From NCBI GenBank assembly GCA_037045455.1, contig JBAOIN010000006.1:128116-192115 (forward strand): a stretch of DNA of 64,000 bases. The letters are read 5' to 3'. Position numbers and translations under genes: made by a program. Shown here piece by piece: positions 27,727-36,681 of this stretch (positions within the stretch are counted from its first letter, which is position 1; every line of letters starts with the position of its first letter). The notes under the pieces are model-generated. The model made no database searches, was not told where the DNA came from, and saw only the letters and a program-made list of their open reading frames with translations. This DNA is from Candidatus Nanopelagicales bacterium. Its GTDB lineage: Bacteria > Actinomycetota > Actinomycetes > S36-B12 > UBA10799.

Positions 27727-28711
27727 TTACTCCGGCGGCGGGAGTTCGAACGCGGGGCCGACGGGCGGCGGCAGCTCGATTGCGGGTCCGGACGGCGGCG
27801 CGAGATCAGCTAGATCGGCCAGGTCCAGGTCGGGCTCGGACGGGCCGGTGAACTGCGGCCCCTCTTCCTCGTCGATTCCGAAACCGGCCGGGACAGCATC
27901 GGCGGGTGGTGCCAGGTCAAACGCGGTGTCGAAGGCATCGGAGGCCGGCACGGGCGGTGCCAAGTCAAACGCCGTGTCGAAGGCATCGGAGGCCGCAACG
28001 GGCGGTGCCCAGGCCTCACCGAACGCGGCGTGCATCCCCGGTGTCCAAGGCATCGGAGGCCGCAACGGGCGGTGCCAGGTCGAACTCCTCGACCGCTGGC
28101 TGCGCCACTGACCAGTCCTGGAAGTCGGTCACCTGCTGCTCGTCCAGAGCAGGGCCGGCCGGTTCGTCCACGGTCTGCTCGTCGGCCCAGCGAATCTCCG
28201 GTTCCGGCTGCTCCTCGGCGGCCTCCTGCACCACATCGGCAGCCCACCATTGGTTCTCGTCGCTGCGCGGTTCCTGCTCCTGGGGCTCTTCGGCGGATTC
28301 CGAGGCTGGCAACTCCGGCCGCCGACCCATCGGGAAAGCGTCGGCGATCTCCCGCGCCTCGTAGCGCAGCAGACCGATCGGCACGCCCGGAGCACCCACC
28401 ATCACCAGCACCCACGGATCCTTGTCAATCACGCAGATCCCGCTTTCGCCCCCCTCCAGGAACAGCTGCGAGGTGCCGTCCTGGCCCAGCGACTTCGCCA
28501 TGCCGCGCACCTGCACCATCATGCGCACGGCTCCGGCAGCCACAGCGTCGTCGTCCACGGCACCCGCGCCCTCCGACGCGATGGCAAAGCCGTCTTCGGA
28601 CATCAAGCCCAGCCATTGCACGTCGGGGTGGTCGCGCAACGCCTCGCTCAGCAGGCGGCCCACGATCTCCGATGCGCCCGGTTGGGGCACCTCGATGTCA
28701 CCCATACTCAT
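27727..28711 (-). pseudogene. Roadblock/LC7 (MglB-like) domain protein with an acidic, Pro-rich repeat tail; one +1 frame disruption as assembled
   Basis: ORF 28016-28711 has a Roadblock-like N-terminal domain (VGRLLSEALRDHPDVQWLGLMSEDGFAIASEG...LFLEGGESGICVIDKDPWVLVMVG) followed by an acidic tail. ORF 27727-28065 continues the same repeat (APPVAASDAFDTAFDL) in the next frame. The junction is at the CCCC run 28036-28039. The span is 985 nt (3n+1). Confidence 0.65.
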
Positions 28712-28867
28712 CCTTTCGGCAGGTCCTGGCGAGAAGTATTGCGGATCGGACCCCTTCGGCGGGGATCCGACGGGCCCGGTTGGCCGAATGCACCGAATTC
28801 GTCGTGCCGGAGGCCGGTCACCCCAGCAACGTTCACGGTCTTCGGCCCCTTATGCGGCGGAGACAGC

Positions 28868-29680
28868 TCAGTCCTGGGTGGCCGGCAGCGCGGCCCGCAT
28901 CGCCGCTGTGGGGGCCGGCCGGCCGGTCATCAGCTCGACCTGTCGCTCGGCCTGGGCCAGCAGCATTTCCAGGCCCGAGACGATCCGACCGCCGCCGGCA
29001 GCCCACGCCTGCGCGAGCACGGTGGGCCACGGCGAGTACACGACATCGAGCAGCCACGCCGGTTGCGTCGGCAGGCTTTGGGCCAGGACATCGGCGACCC
29101 CGGACGGCACAGTCGTGATCACAAGCTCGGTGGCCAGCCACTGCGGGCTGTCGAAAGGGTGCACCCGCAGGGCCACGCCCAGTCGGTCGGCGGTGTCACG
29201 TGCCGGTGCCGCGCGGAGGCTGTCGCGGGCGAGCAGATGCACCTCACCGACTCCCAGGGCATGCAACGCCGCCACCGCCGAACGGGCCGTGGCACCCGCG
29301 CCAGCCACCGTGGCCGGGAATCCCGGTTCGGCGGCGAACCCGGCGCGCAGCAGGGCCATACGCAGTCCGTCGACATCGGTGTTGTGCGCCTGCCTGGCGG
29401 GCAGCAGCAGCGTGTTCGCGCTGGTAGTGGCGTGCGCTGTCCAGGAGATCTCACCGGCCAGATCCAGCACAGCCTCCTTCAGCGGCATGGTCAAGGACAG
29501 TCCCGCCCAGCTGGCGTCCAGACCTGCGAGGAAATCGGGCAACTGCTCGACGGTGACCTCGAGGCCCGCGTACGTCCAGTCCAGGCCGAGCGCCCTGTAG
29601 GCAGCCCGGTGCAGGGCCGGGGACAGACTGTGCGAGATCGGGGAACCGACGACGGCTGCGTTGCGGGTCAGGTCGGTCAC
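28868..29680 (-). CDS. aroE: Shikimate dehydrogenase
   Basis: 270 aa: AAVVGSPISHSLSPALHRAAYRALGLDW...; NTDVDG. Confidence 0.92.
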   Translation of the reverse strand: MTDLTRNAAVVGSPISHSLSPALHRAAYRALGLDWTYAGLEVTVEQLPDFLAGLDASWAGLSLTMPLKEAVLDLAGEISWTAHATTSANTLLLPARQAHNTDVDGLRMALLRAGFAAEPGFPATVAGAGATARSAVAALHALGVGEVHLLARDSLRAAPARDTADRLGVALRVHPFDSPQWLATELVITTVPSGVADVLAQSLPTQPAWLLDVVYSPWPTVLAQAWAAGGGRIVSGLEMLLAQAERQVELMTGRPAPTAAMRAALPATQD

Positions 29681-29705
29681 GTGGCTACCTCGGGCTGAAT
29701 GGCCG

Positions 29706-29792
29706 ATCGGTGAGCATTCCGGGCATCGGTGAGCATTCCGGGCGGCGAAATCCCGTCCGGCGCGCTAACGGATGCCCGGAAGGCTAACGGAT
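29706..29792. promoter_or_regulatory. Two pairs of 19-bp tandem direct repeats in the mltG-aroE spacer
   Basis: atcggtgagcattccgggc occurs at 29706-29724 and, identically, at 29725-29743. gctaacggat occurs at 29764-29773 and 29783-29792, also 19 bp apart. The second word is the same core found four times at 54159-54236. Confidence 0.5.
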
Positions 29793-29852
29793 TGGTACAA
29801 CCGGATGAGCGCGCCCGGGCAGGGACCGTGCTGTTGCCTTCGCAGCGTTCCG

Positions 29853-30950
29853 TCACGGATTCTCCGCGACGTACTTCTCGAACTCCTTCTTGAACTGCAG
29901 GAACTCGTTGTAGTCGCTGGTGAACTTGGTCTCCCCGGTGTCCGGGTTGACTGCCACGAAGTAGAGCCAGTCGCCCTCGTCCGGCTGCAGCGCCGCAGTC
30001 ATCGCGGCCTCCCCCGGCTGGTTGATCGGGGTCGGCGGCAAGCCCGTGTTCTTGTAGGTGTTGTACGGCGAGTCGGTCGCGATCTGATCGGGCGAAAGAT
30101 TGATCTCACTCTTCTTCAAGACGTAGTTCACGGTCGCATCCAACTGCAGCGGCATGCCCGCGGCGAGCCGGTTGTAGATCACCCGCGACACCTTGCCGTA
30201 ATCGTTCGGGTGCCCCTCGGCCTGCACCAGGCTCGCAATGATCATCACCTCGTACGGTGAATAGCCGGTCTCCTTGGCGTTCTGCGTGAACTGAAGCGTG
30301 TCCGCCGACTCGTTCCAGCGACTGATCATCGCCGCGATCATGTCCTTCGGCGTGGAATCAGGAGCGAACTCGTATGTGGCGGGGAAGAGGAAGCCCTCCG
30401 CATTGCCCTTCGCCCATTTCGGTAGCCCGAGCGAGCCAGCGTCCTTGAGCACCGCTTCGAACTTCGCTTTCGGAATCTTCGACGCCTCGGACAGTCGCCG
30501 GACGACCTGATCCTCGCGCAGGCCCTCCGGAATCACCACGCGGATGACCACCCGGCTGGCCGGGTCGAGCATCCGCTTCACGGCTTCCTCGCCACTCATG
30601 TGCTGGGACATCTGGTAGTAGCCCGGACCGATCGACTGCGCCTCGGAGTTGGCCGCGGCGGCATCGATGAAGGACTGCACGCTGGCAACCACGCCGTTCT
30701 CCTTCAACGTGCTGCCGATGTCGGCCAGGGTCTCCCCCTCCTTGACCTGAACGGTCACCTCGCCGGAGCCGGCGCCGGAGTAGTCGTCGCCACTCGGAAA
30801 CACGCGGTCCTTGAGGAACACGGCGCCAATCACTGCCAGCACTGCGGCGAACACGAAGACAGCCAGGATCACCGGGCCGCGACCCATTTTCTGCGGGTCC
30901 TTCCCTGTGCGCGGCGGTTCCGCCTGCATGTTCAGACCAAGTTCACTCAT
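29853..30950 (-). CDS. mltG: Endolytic murein transglycosylase MltG (YceG family)
   Basis: The ATG at 30950 (MSELGLNMQ...) overlaps the ruvX stop. The protein has a TM helix and YceG motifs (EGFLFPATYEF, IIASLVQAEG, LQLDATVNY, YNTYKNTGLPPTPINQPG). Confidence 0.93.
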   Translation of the reverse strand: MSELGLNMQAEPPRTGKDPQKMGRGPVILAVFVFAAVLAVIGAVFLKDRVFPSGDDYSGAGSGEVTVQVKEGETLADIGSTLKENGVVASVQSFIDAAAANSEAQSIGPGYYQMSQHMSGEEAVKRMLDPASRVVIRVVIPEGLREDQVVRRLSEASKIPKAKFEAVLKDAGSLGLPKWAKGNAEGFLFPATYEFAPDSTPKDMIAAMISRWNESADTLQFTQNAKETGYSPYEVMIIASLVQAEGHPNDYGKVSRVIYNRLAAGMPLQLDATVNYVLKKSEINLSPDQIATDSPYNTYKNTGLPPTPINQPGEAAMTAALQPDEGDWLYFVAVNPDTGETKFTSDYNEFLQFKKEFEKYVAENP

Positions 30951-31403
30951 GTTCCATCCATCAGCATCCCGGGTGGTTCGCCCGTGGCGCGTTCGGTATC
31001 CAGCGCTTGCTGCAGCATAATGACCGCCGCCGCTTGATCGACGATGCGGCGTCCCTTGCGAGCACTGACCCCGCTTTCGTGCATCAGCGTGTGGGCGATC
31101 GTCGTGGTGTGCCGTTCGTCCACGAGCCGCAATGAAACATTCGGGAAATGTGTGCCGATTTCGCGTCGCCACCGAACGAACGGTTGCCGCCGCAGCACGC
31201 TCTTGCCCGTCGAGCGAGACCGGCAGCCCGATGATGATCTCCAAGGGTTCCCATGCGTCGACCAACTGCTGCAGTTGCGGCAGCCACTCCCGGCGGGCGT
31301 CCAGGGTGCACTCCGGCACGGCCAGTGTCCCGGTGGCATCACTGCGAGCCACCCCTATACGCACTGATCCGATATCCAGGGCCAGCCGTACGCCGTTGCG
31401 CAT
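30947..31403 (-). pseudogene. ruvX: Holliday-junction-resolvase-like pre-16S rRNA nuclease RuvX/YqgF, with one +1 frame disruption as assembled
   Basis: The N-terminus is MRNGVRLALDIGSVRIGVARSD...IIIGLPVSLDGQERAAAATVRS. The C-terminus is in the next frame (IGTHFPNVSLRLVDERHTTTIAHTLMHESGVSARKGRRIVDQAAAVIMLQQALD). The junction is at the TTT run 31159-31161. The span is 457 nt (3n+1). Confidence 0.85.
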
Positions 31404-34074
31404 CAGTGGTCGCGGACGTGCGCCTGCGCCGCCGCGAACGCCGCCGGGATCCCGTCCGGGTTGGCTCCCCCGCCCTGGGCCGTGTCCCGCTTGCCGCCAC
31501 CGCGGCCCTCCACACTGGGCAGGGCCGACGCCGAGCAGGTCATTGGCATAGAGACCCTGCTCCTGGGCGGCCGCGTTCACCGCAGCGATCACCGATACCC
31601 GGCCGTTGTCGACCGCCGCCGCGAGCACCGCAGCCGGCACGTCACTGCGCGCCTTGCGGATGCCGGTCAGCGCGATGTCACGCAGTTGCTTGCCATCTGT
31701 GCCGTCCGGCGTGCGCAGTGTCCACAACCGCACACCGGCGACATCGCTGCCCTCACCGAGCAGGTCGTCGATGTTGGCCATCATGGCTTCCTGCTTGAGC
31801 CGGGCGAGTTCGCGCTCAGCTTGCTTGAGCTTCTCGACGGTCGCCCCGACCCGGTCCACCAGGTCCTCGCGCGGCGACTTCAACATGGTGCTCAGCGCCG
31901 AAACCAGCAGGTGCTCGCGGGCGAGGTACTGGTAGGCATCCGACCCGACCAGGGCCTCGACCCGTCGCACTCCGGACCCGATCGACCCCTCGGAGATAAA
32001 GGACACCACGCCGAGCTGCCCCGAACGGTGGGCGTGGGTGCCACCACACAACTCGTGCGCCCAGTCCCCTACCGACACGACGCGCACAGTGTCGCCGTAC
32101 TTCTCACCGAACAGCGCCATGGCTCCCATGTCCATGGCCTCTGGCTGCGACATGTACCGGGCCGTCACGCTCATGTCCTCGAGGAGCATCTCGTTGACGT
32201 GCGCCTCGGCATCACGCAGGACGCTGTCGGGCACGGCCTTCGGGAACGGGAAGTCGAACCGCAGCCGGCCCGGCGCGTTCTCCGAACCCATCTGGGTCGC
32301 GGTCTCCCCCAACATCTCCCGGAACGTTTTGTGGATCATGTGGGTCGCTGTGTGCGCGCGAGAGATCGCCCGTCGCCGTTCGACGTCGACGACTCCGACC
32401 GCCGGCGCTCCGACCGACGCCTCGCCGTCCAGCACCTTTGCCCGGTGAACCCACAGGCCAGGCACCGGCGTCTGCACATCCGTCACTTCCAGAGTGGTGC
32501 CGTCGTCCAGGCGGATCAGGCCGTGGTCACCGAGTTGGCCACCGGCCTCGGCGTAGAACGGACTGCGGTCCAGCACCACCTCGACCGACTCTCCCGCAGC
32601 AGCCGACGTGACGCTCTGCCCGTCCCGCAGCAGACCCTTGACCCGGGCTTCCGACTCCCACTGTTCATAGCCGGTGAACAACGTTTCGCCGGCCTTCTCC
32701 ATGACCTCCCGGTAGGCGGTCAAGGGGCGTGACGCCGGCCTTGCGCGCGACCGCGTCAGCCTTGGCACGCTGCCGTTGCTCGGTCATCAGGTCGGCGAAA
32801 CCGTCCCGGTCCACCTGCAGCCCCTGCTCGGCGGCGAGTTCGAGCGTCAAGTCGATCGGGAAGCCATAGGTGTCGTGCAGCGCGAACGCGTCGGCACCGG
32901 ACATGGTCGCGGCGCCGCGCGCTTTCGTGTTGGCCACAGCGGTGTCGAAGACCGTCGTGCCGGAGCGCAGCGTCTGCCGGAACGTCTCCTCCTCGGACAC
33001 CGCGATCGTCTCGATACGGCCCGCGTCGTTCCGCAGATTCGGGTACTGCGGCGACATGGCAGTGATCACACTGCGAATGAGCGCGGACATCGTGGGTTCA
33101 TGCGCGCCGAGCAGACGCATGTTGAACACGACCCGGCGCAGTAACCGCCGCAGCACGTATCCGCGGCCTTCGTTACCGGGCAGCACGCCGTCGGCGATCA
33201 GGAAGGCGCAGGTGCGGGAGTGATCGGCAACCACGCGCAGCGCCACGTCGTCGGCATGGTCGCGGCCGTACGCCCGGCCGGTGATGTCCACGGCGGTGTC
33301 GATGGTCGCGCGCGTGGTGTCGATCTCGTAGATGTTGTCGACGCCCTGCAGGATCGCGGCCATCCGCTCCAGACCCAGTCCGGTGTCGATGTTCTTGTTG
33401 GGCAGATCGCCCAGGATCGGGAAGCCCTTCCTTGCCCGGTCCCTCACCCCGGATGGACTGCATGAACACCAGGTTCCAGACCTCGAGGTAGCGGTCCTCG
33501 TCGGCGATCGGGTCCGCCTTCCCGGCCGTAATCCGGGCCCGCGGTCGTAGTAGATCTCACTGCACGGTCCGCATGGCCCGGGCACGCCCATGCTCCAGAA
33601 GTTGTCGACCATGCCGCGGCGCTGAATGCGGTCGGCGGGCAGGCCGACGAGTTCCTGCCACATGCCAGCGGCCTCGTCGTCGTCCTCATAGACGGTGACC
33701 CAGAGTTTGTCTTCCGGGAAGCCGTAGCCACCTTCGTGGGTCGACGTGGTCAGCAGGTCCCACGCGAACGGGATCGCGCCCTCCTTGAAGTAGTCACCGA
33801 ACGAGAAGTTGCCGCACATCTGGAAGAAGGACGCGTGCCGGGTGGTCTTGCCGACCTCCTCGATGTCGAGGGTGCGCACGACCTTCTGGACGCTGGTCGC
33901 ACGCTTGTACGGCGGCACGGCCTCACCGAGGAAGTACGGCTTGAACGGCACCATGCCAGCGTTGACGAACAGCAACGTCGGGTCGTTGAGGAGCAGCGAA
34001 GCGCTCGGGACGACGGTGTGTCCGCGCTCGGCAAAGAAGTTCAGGAAGCGGCGGCGGATCTCGGCTGACTCCAT
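31403..34074 (-). pseudogene. alaS: Alanine--tRNA ligase, with five +1 frame disruptions as assembled
   Basis: The protein starts [28 protein letters not shown]... and ends, in a different frame, with ...PSVEGRGGGKRDTAQGGGANPDGIPAAFAAAQAHVRDH*. Hand reconstruction places the junctions at GGG/CCC(C) runs 33538-33540, 33510-33512, 33425-33427, 32724-32727 and 31522-31524. The span is 2672 nt (3n+2). Confidence 0.9.
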
Positions 34075-34304
34075 GGTTCACCAGCCTAATCGGCGAGGGC
34101 CTGGGCTTCCCGGGGGTTGCGGGGCCAGCGCCGTTGCTAGCCGCCGATCAGGTGCCGTAAACGCCCTCAGGCCGCGTTCGTGAGACTGAGAGCGATGGGC
34201 GGGCGTCCGCGGCTCACAACTGCGTCGTTGTCTCTCAATCGGCACATCCACCCATGGGTGTCCACCGGCTACCGCAGGGCCTCGTGCCTGGCGCCAGCAC
34301 TTCC

Positions 34305-34535
34305 CTAGCGGGCCCGCGCTGCGCTGCGGATGTCGACCACCTCGGCCTTGTCCTCGTCGGCGTTCAGCGCGGCCAGGTACCGGGCGGAGGCAGCGATGTT
34401 GGACGCGTGCTTGGCCACCCGGGTCAGGTTCTCCCGGACGGAGCGCTCACGCACACCCTCGATGGTCTGGGTCGTCTTGCGGTAGGCGTAGATGCCGCCG
34501 ACGGCACCCACCCCCACCCAGAGGATTCGGCTCAC
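34305..34535 (-). CDS. Small membrane-anchored hypothetical protein
   Basis: 76 aa with an N-terminal TM helix (ILWVGVGAVGGIYAYR) and a helical tail. It lies in the conserved position upstream of alaS. Function unknown. Confidence 0.55.
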   Translation of the reverse strand: MSRILWVGVGAVGGIYAYRKTTQTIEGVRERSVRENLTRVAKHASNIAASARYLAALNADEDKAEVVDIRSAARAR

Positions 34536-34640
34536 CTGCCGATGCTAACCCGAGACCCGCAACCGGAATGTGTCGCACAAGGGGATGCGTCATCGGGCGG
34601 GCACCGACTACTCTCGACAAACCACAACTGGGAGGTTGCA

Positions 34641-36608
34641 GTGCACAAGACGATGGGCATCGCCCTGGCACTCGGACTCGTTGGCGCGGCGGTGGCACCG
34701 GCCATTGCCGACGACGGCTACGGGCAGACCGGCAAGAGCACGCTGGACGAGACCGTCGTGCGCACCGACACTCCCTGGAAAGAACTGGTCAAGGGCCCAG
34801 GCGAGCCGTACATCGTGCGCACGGACATGGTGAAGGCGAAGGCCAAGCGGGACAAGACGCGCCGGTCGATGTCGTTCTTCGGCCAACTGACCGACCCGCA
34901 GATCGTCGACGAGATGTCGCCGGCCCGGCTGGAACTGGTGGACCCGGTCAGCGGGCCGACCTCGGCGGCGTGGCGACCCCAGGAGGCGCTAGGCGTGCGG
35001 GTCTTCGACGCCACCATCCGCAACATGAACGCCAACAACGTCAGCCGGGTGCCGGACGGCAAAGGCCACAAGGCCAAGCTCAAGTACGTCATCCTCACCG
35101 GGGACATCGCCGACAGCGCCCAGTACAACGAGGTCCGGATGTTCCGGCAGACCCTCGACGGCAAGACCGTGGACCCGTATTCCGGCAAGGCGATCACCGC
35201 CGCGGCGGCGAAGAACTGCCGGCTCGGCCTGTTCCCCGCCGGTGACGCCGATGTGGCAAAAGCGAATGCAGCGGTGGCCGCGCGCAAGTACGTCGGTGTG
35301 CAGAACTACGAGTACTACAACGCGCCTGCCGACCGGCAGAGCGGCTTCTGGGACCCCAACCTCGGGCAGACCGACAACACGTTCGGTTATGGCTACTTCC
35401 CGAAGTACCCGAACCTCATGGACGTCGCGCAGACGAAGATGAAGGCCGAGGGCATCAAGGTCCCGTGGTACATCACGCGCGGCAACCACGACACGCTGGT
35501 GCAGGGCAACGTTCCAGCCAGCATGGCGTTGTCGGTTGCCGGTCTGCCGCTGCCGCTGTCCACGATCGCCACCGGATGCGCCAAGCCGTGGCCGAACGAC
35601 GGGGTGAACCCGGAGACCTTCAAGGGTCTGCCCGGCGACCAGATCTTCGAGCAACTCACCAAGCCGGCCAACCTCGCCGGCGTCGTGGGCGCCATGCGCG
35701 ACGGTGCGGCGGTTCCGCCGGACCCGGATCGCCGTTACGTCTCGAAGGTGGAGTTCAAGAAGTACGTGGGCTCCGGCGACAACGAGCACGGCTTCGGCTA
35801 CGTCAGCAAGAAGCAGCTGAAGGCCTCGAACTCCCAAGCCACGTACTACGGCTTCACCAAGGGCAAGTTCCGCATCATCATGCTGGACAGCAACGCCGAG
35901 GGCGGCGGGTCGGAAGGCAACATCGACAACCCGCAGTACAAGTGGCTGGCCAAGGAACTCGACAAGTACTCGAGCACCGAGATCGTCGACGGCAAGGTCA
36001 AGCGTGACAACGGCAAGGACAAGCTCATCATCATCTCCTCGCACCACACGCTGGCGACGATGAATAACCCGACCCCGGACGAGAAGGCCGGTGCCTGCGA
36101 CAAGCAGGTGGCCGGGACCGACTGCGACCCGCGCAAGTCGACCCCGCTGCACTTCGGGCTGAAGGGCAAGCAGAACCTCAAGAAGTTGCTGCTGCGCTAC
36201 CCGAACGTGGTGGCCTACGTCAACGGGCACACCCACCACAACGCCGTGAACGCCTACAAGCAGCCCAAGTCGTCGAAGTTCAAGGGTGGCTTCTGGCAGA
36301 TCAACACCGCCTCCCACGTCGACTGGCCGCAGCAGAGCCGCACCATCCAGCTGTTCGACAACCAGGACGGCACGCTGAGCATCTTCGGGACCATCCTGGA
36401 CACGGCAGCCTCGGTGGAGGCGCCGGCCCCGGGAACCGATGCCACCACGATGTCCAACGGGCAGCTCGCCTCGCTCTCCCGGCTGATCTCGGCCAACGAC
36501 CCGCAGTGGAAGGTCGTGACCGACGGCGGTGGACCCGGCAAGATCGAGGACCGCAACGTGGAGTTGTTGGTCAAGGACCCGCGCACGTTGTGGAAGCCCA
36601 CGAAGTAG
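34641..36608 (+). CDS. Secreted metallophosphoesterase (calcineurin-like)
   Basis: The GTG at 34641 lies 5 nt after GGGAGG. The signal peptide is MGIALALGLVGAAVAPAIA. Phosphoesterase motifs include LTGDIADS, ITRGNHD, SSHHTL and VNGHTHHN. Confidence 0.85.
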   Translation: MHKTMGIALALGLVGAAVAPAIADDGYGQTGKSTLDETVVRTDTPWKELVKGPGEPYIVRTDMVKAKAKRDKTRRSMSFFGQLTDPQIVDEMSPARLELVDPVSGPTSAAWRPQEALGVRVFDATIRNMNANNVSRVPDGKGHKAKLKYVILTGDIADSAQYNEVRMFRQTLDGKTVDPYSGKAITAAAAKNCRLGLFPAGDADVAKANAAVAARKYVGVQNYEYYNAPADRQSGFWDPNLGQTDNTFGYGYFPKYPNLMDVAQTKMKAEGIKVPWYITRGNHDTLVQGNVPASMALSVAGLPLPLSTIATGCAKPWPNDGVNPETFKGLPGDQIFEQLTKPANLAGVVGAMRDGAAVPPDPDRRYVSKVEFKKYVGSGDNEHGFGYVSKKQLKASNSQATYYGFTKGKFRIIMLDSNAEGGGSEGNIDNPQYKWLAKELDKYSSTEIVDGKVKRDNGKDKLIIISSHHTLATMNNPTPDEKAGACDKQVAGTDCDPRKSTPLHFGLKGKQNLKKLLLRYPNVVAYVNGHTHHNAVNAYKQPKSSKFKGGFWQINTASHVDWPQQSRTIQLFDNQDGTLSIFGTILDTAASVEAPAPGTDATTMSNGQLASLSRLISANDPQWKVVTDGGGPGKIEDRNVELLVKDPRTLWKPTK

Positions 36609-36617
36609 TTCTAGCCT

Positions 36618-36665
36618 GCTTGTTCACTTCGCCCTCCGGAGCCTTCGGGCCAGAAGTGAACAAGC
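36618..36665. terminator. Bidirectional terminator hairpin between convergent genes
   Basis: Perfect 13-bp inverted repeat: gcttgttcacttc (36618-36630) pairs with gaagtgaacaagc (36653-36665). Confidence 0.6.
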
Positions 36666-36681
36666 GGGCCGGAACGCGCGG

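Noticed and set aside
29853-32768. 971-aa ORF that looks like an AlaRS-RuvX-MltG fusion
   Set aside because: It is a chimera created by frame disruptions. The alaS C-terminus leaves this frame at about 31522 and stops at 31403. ruvX starts at 31403 and leaves the frame at about 31160. mltG has its own ATG at 30950, overlapping the ruvX stop.
34075-34304. T-box or other leader upstream of alaS
   Set aside because: No specifier-loop or T-box (AGGGUGGNACCGCG-like) sequence is visible on the minus strand, and no terminator/antiterminator pair is evident.
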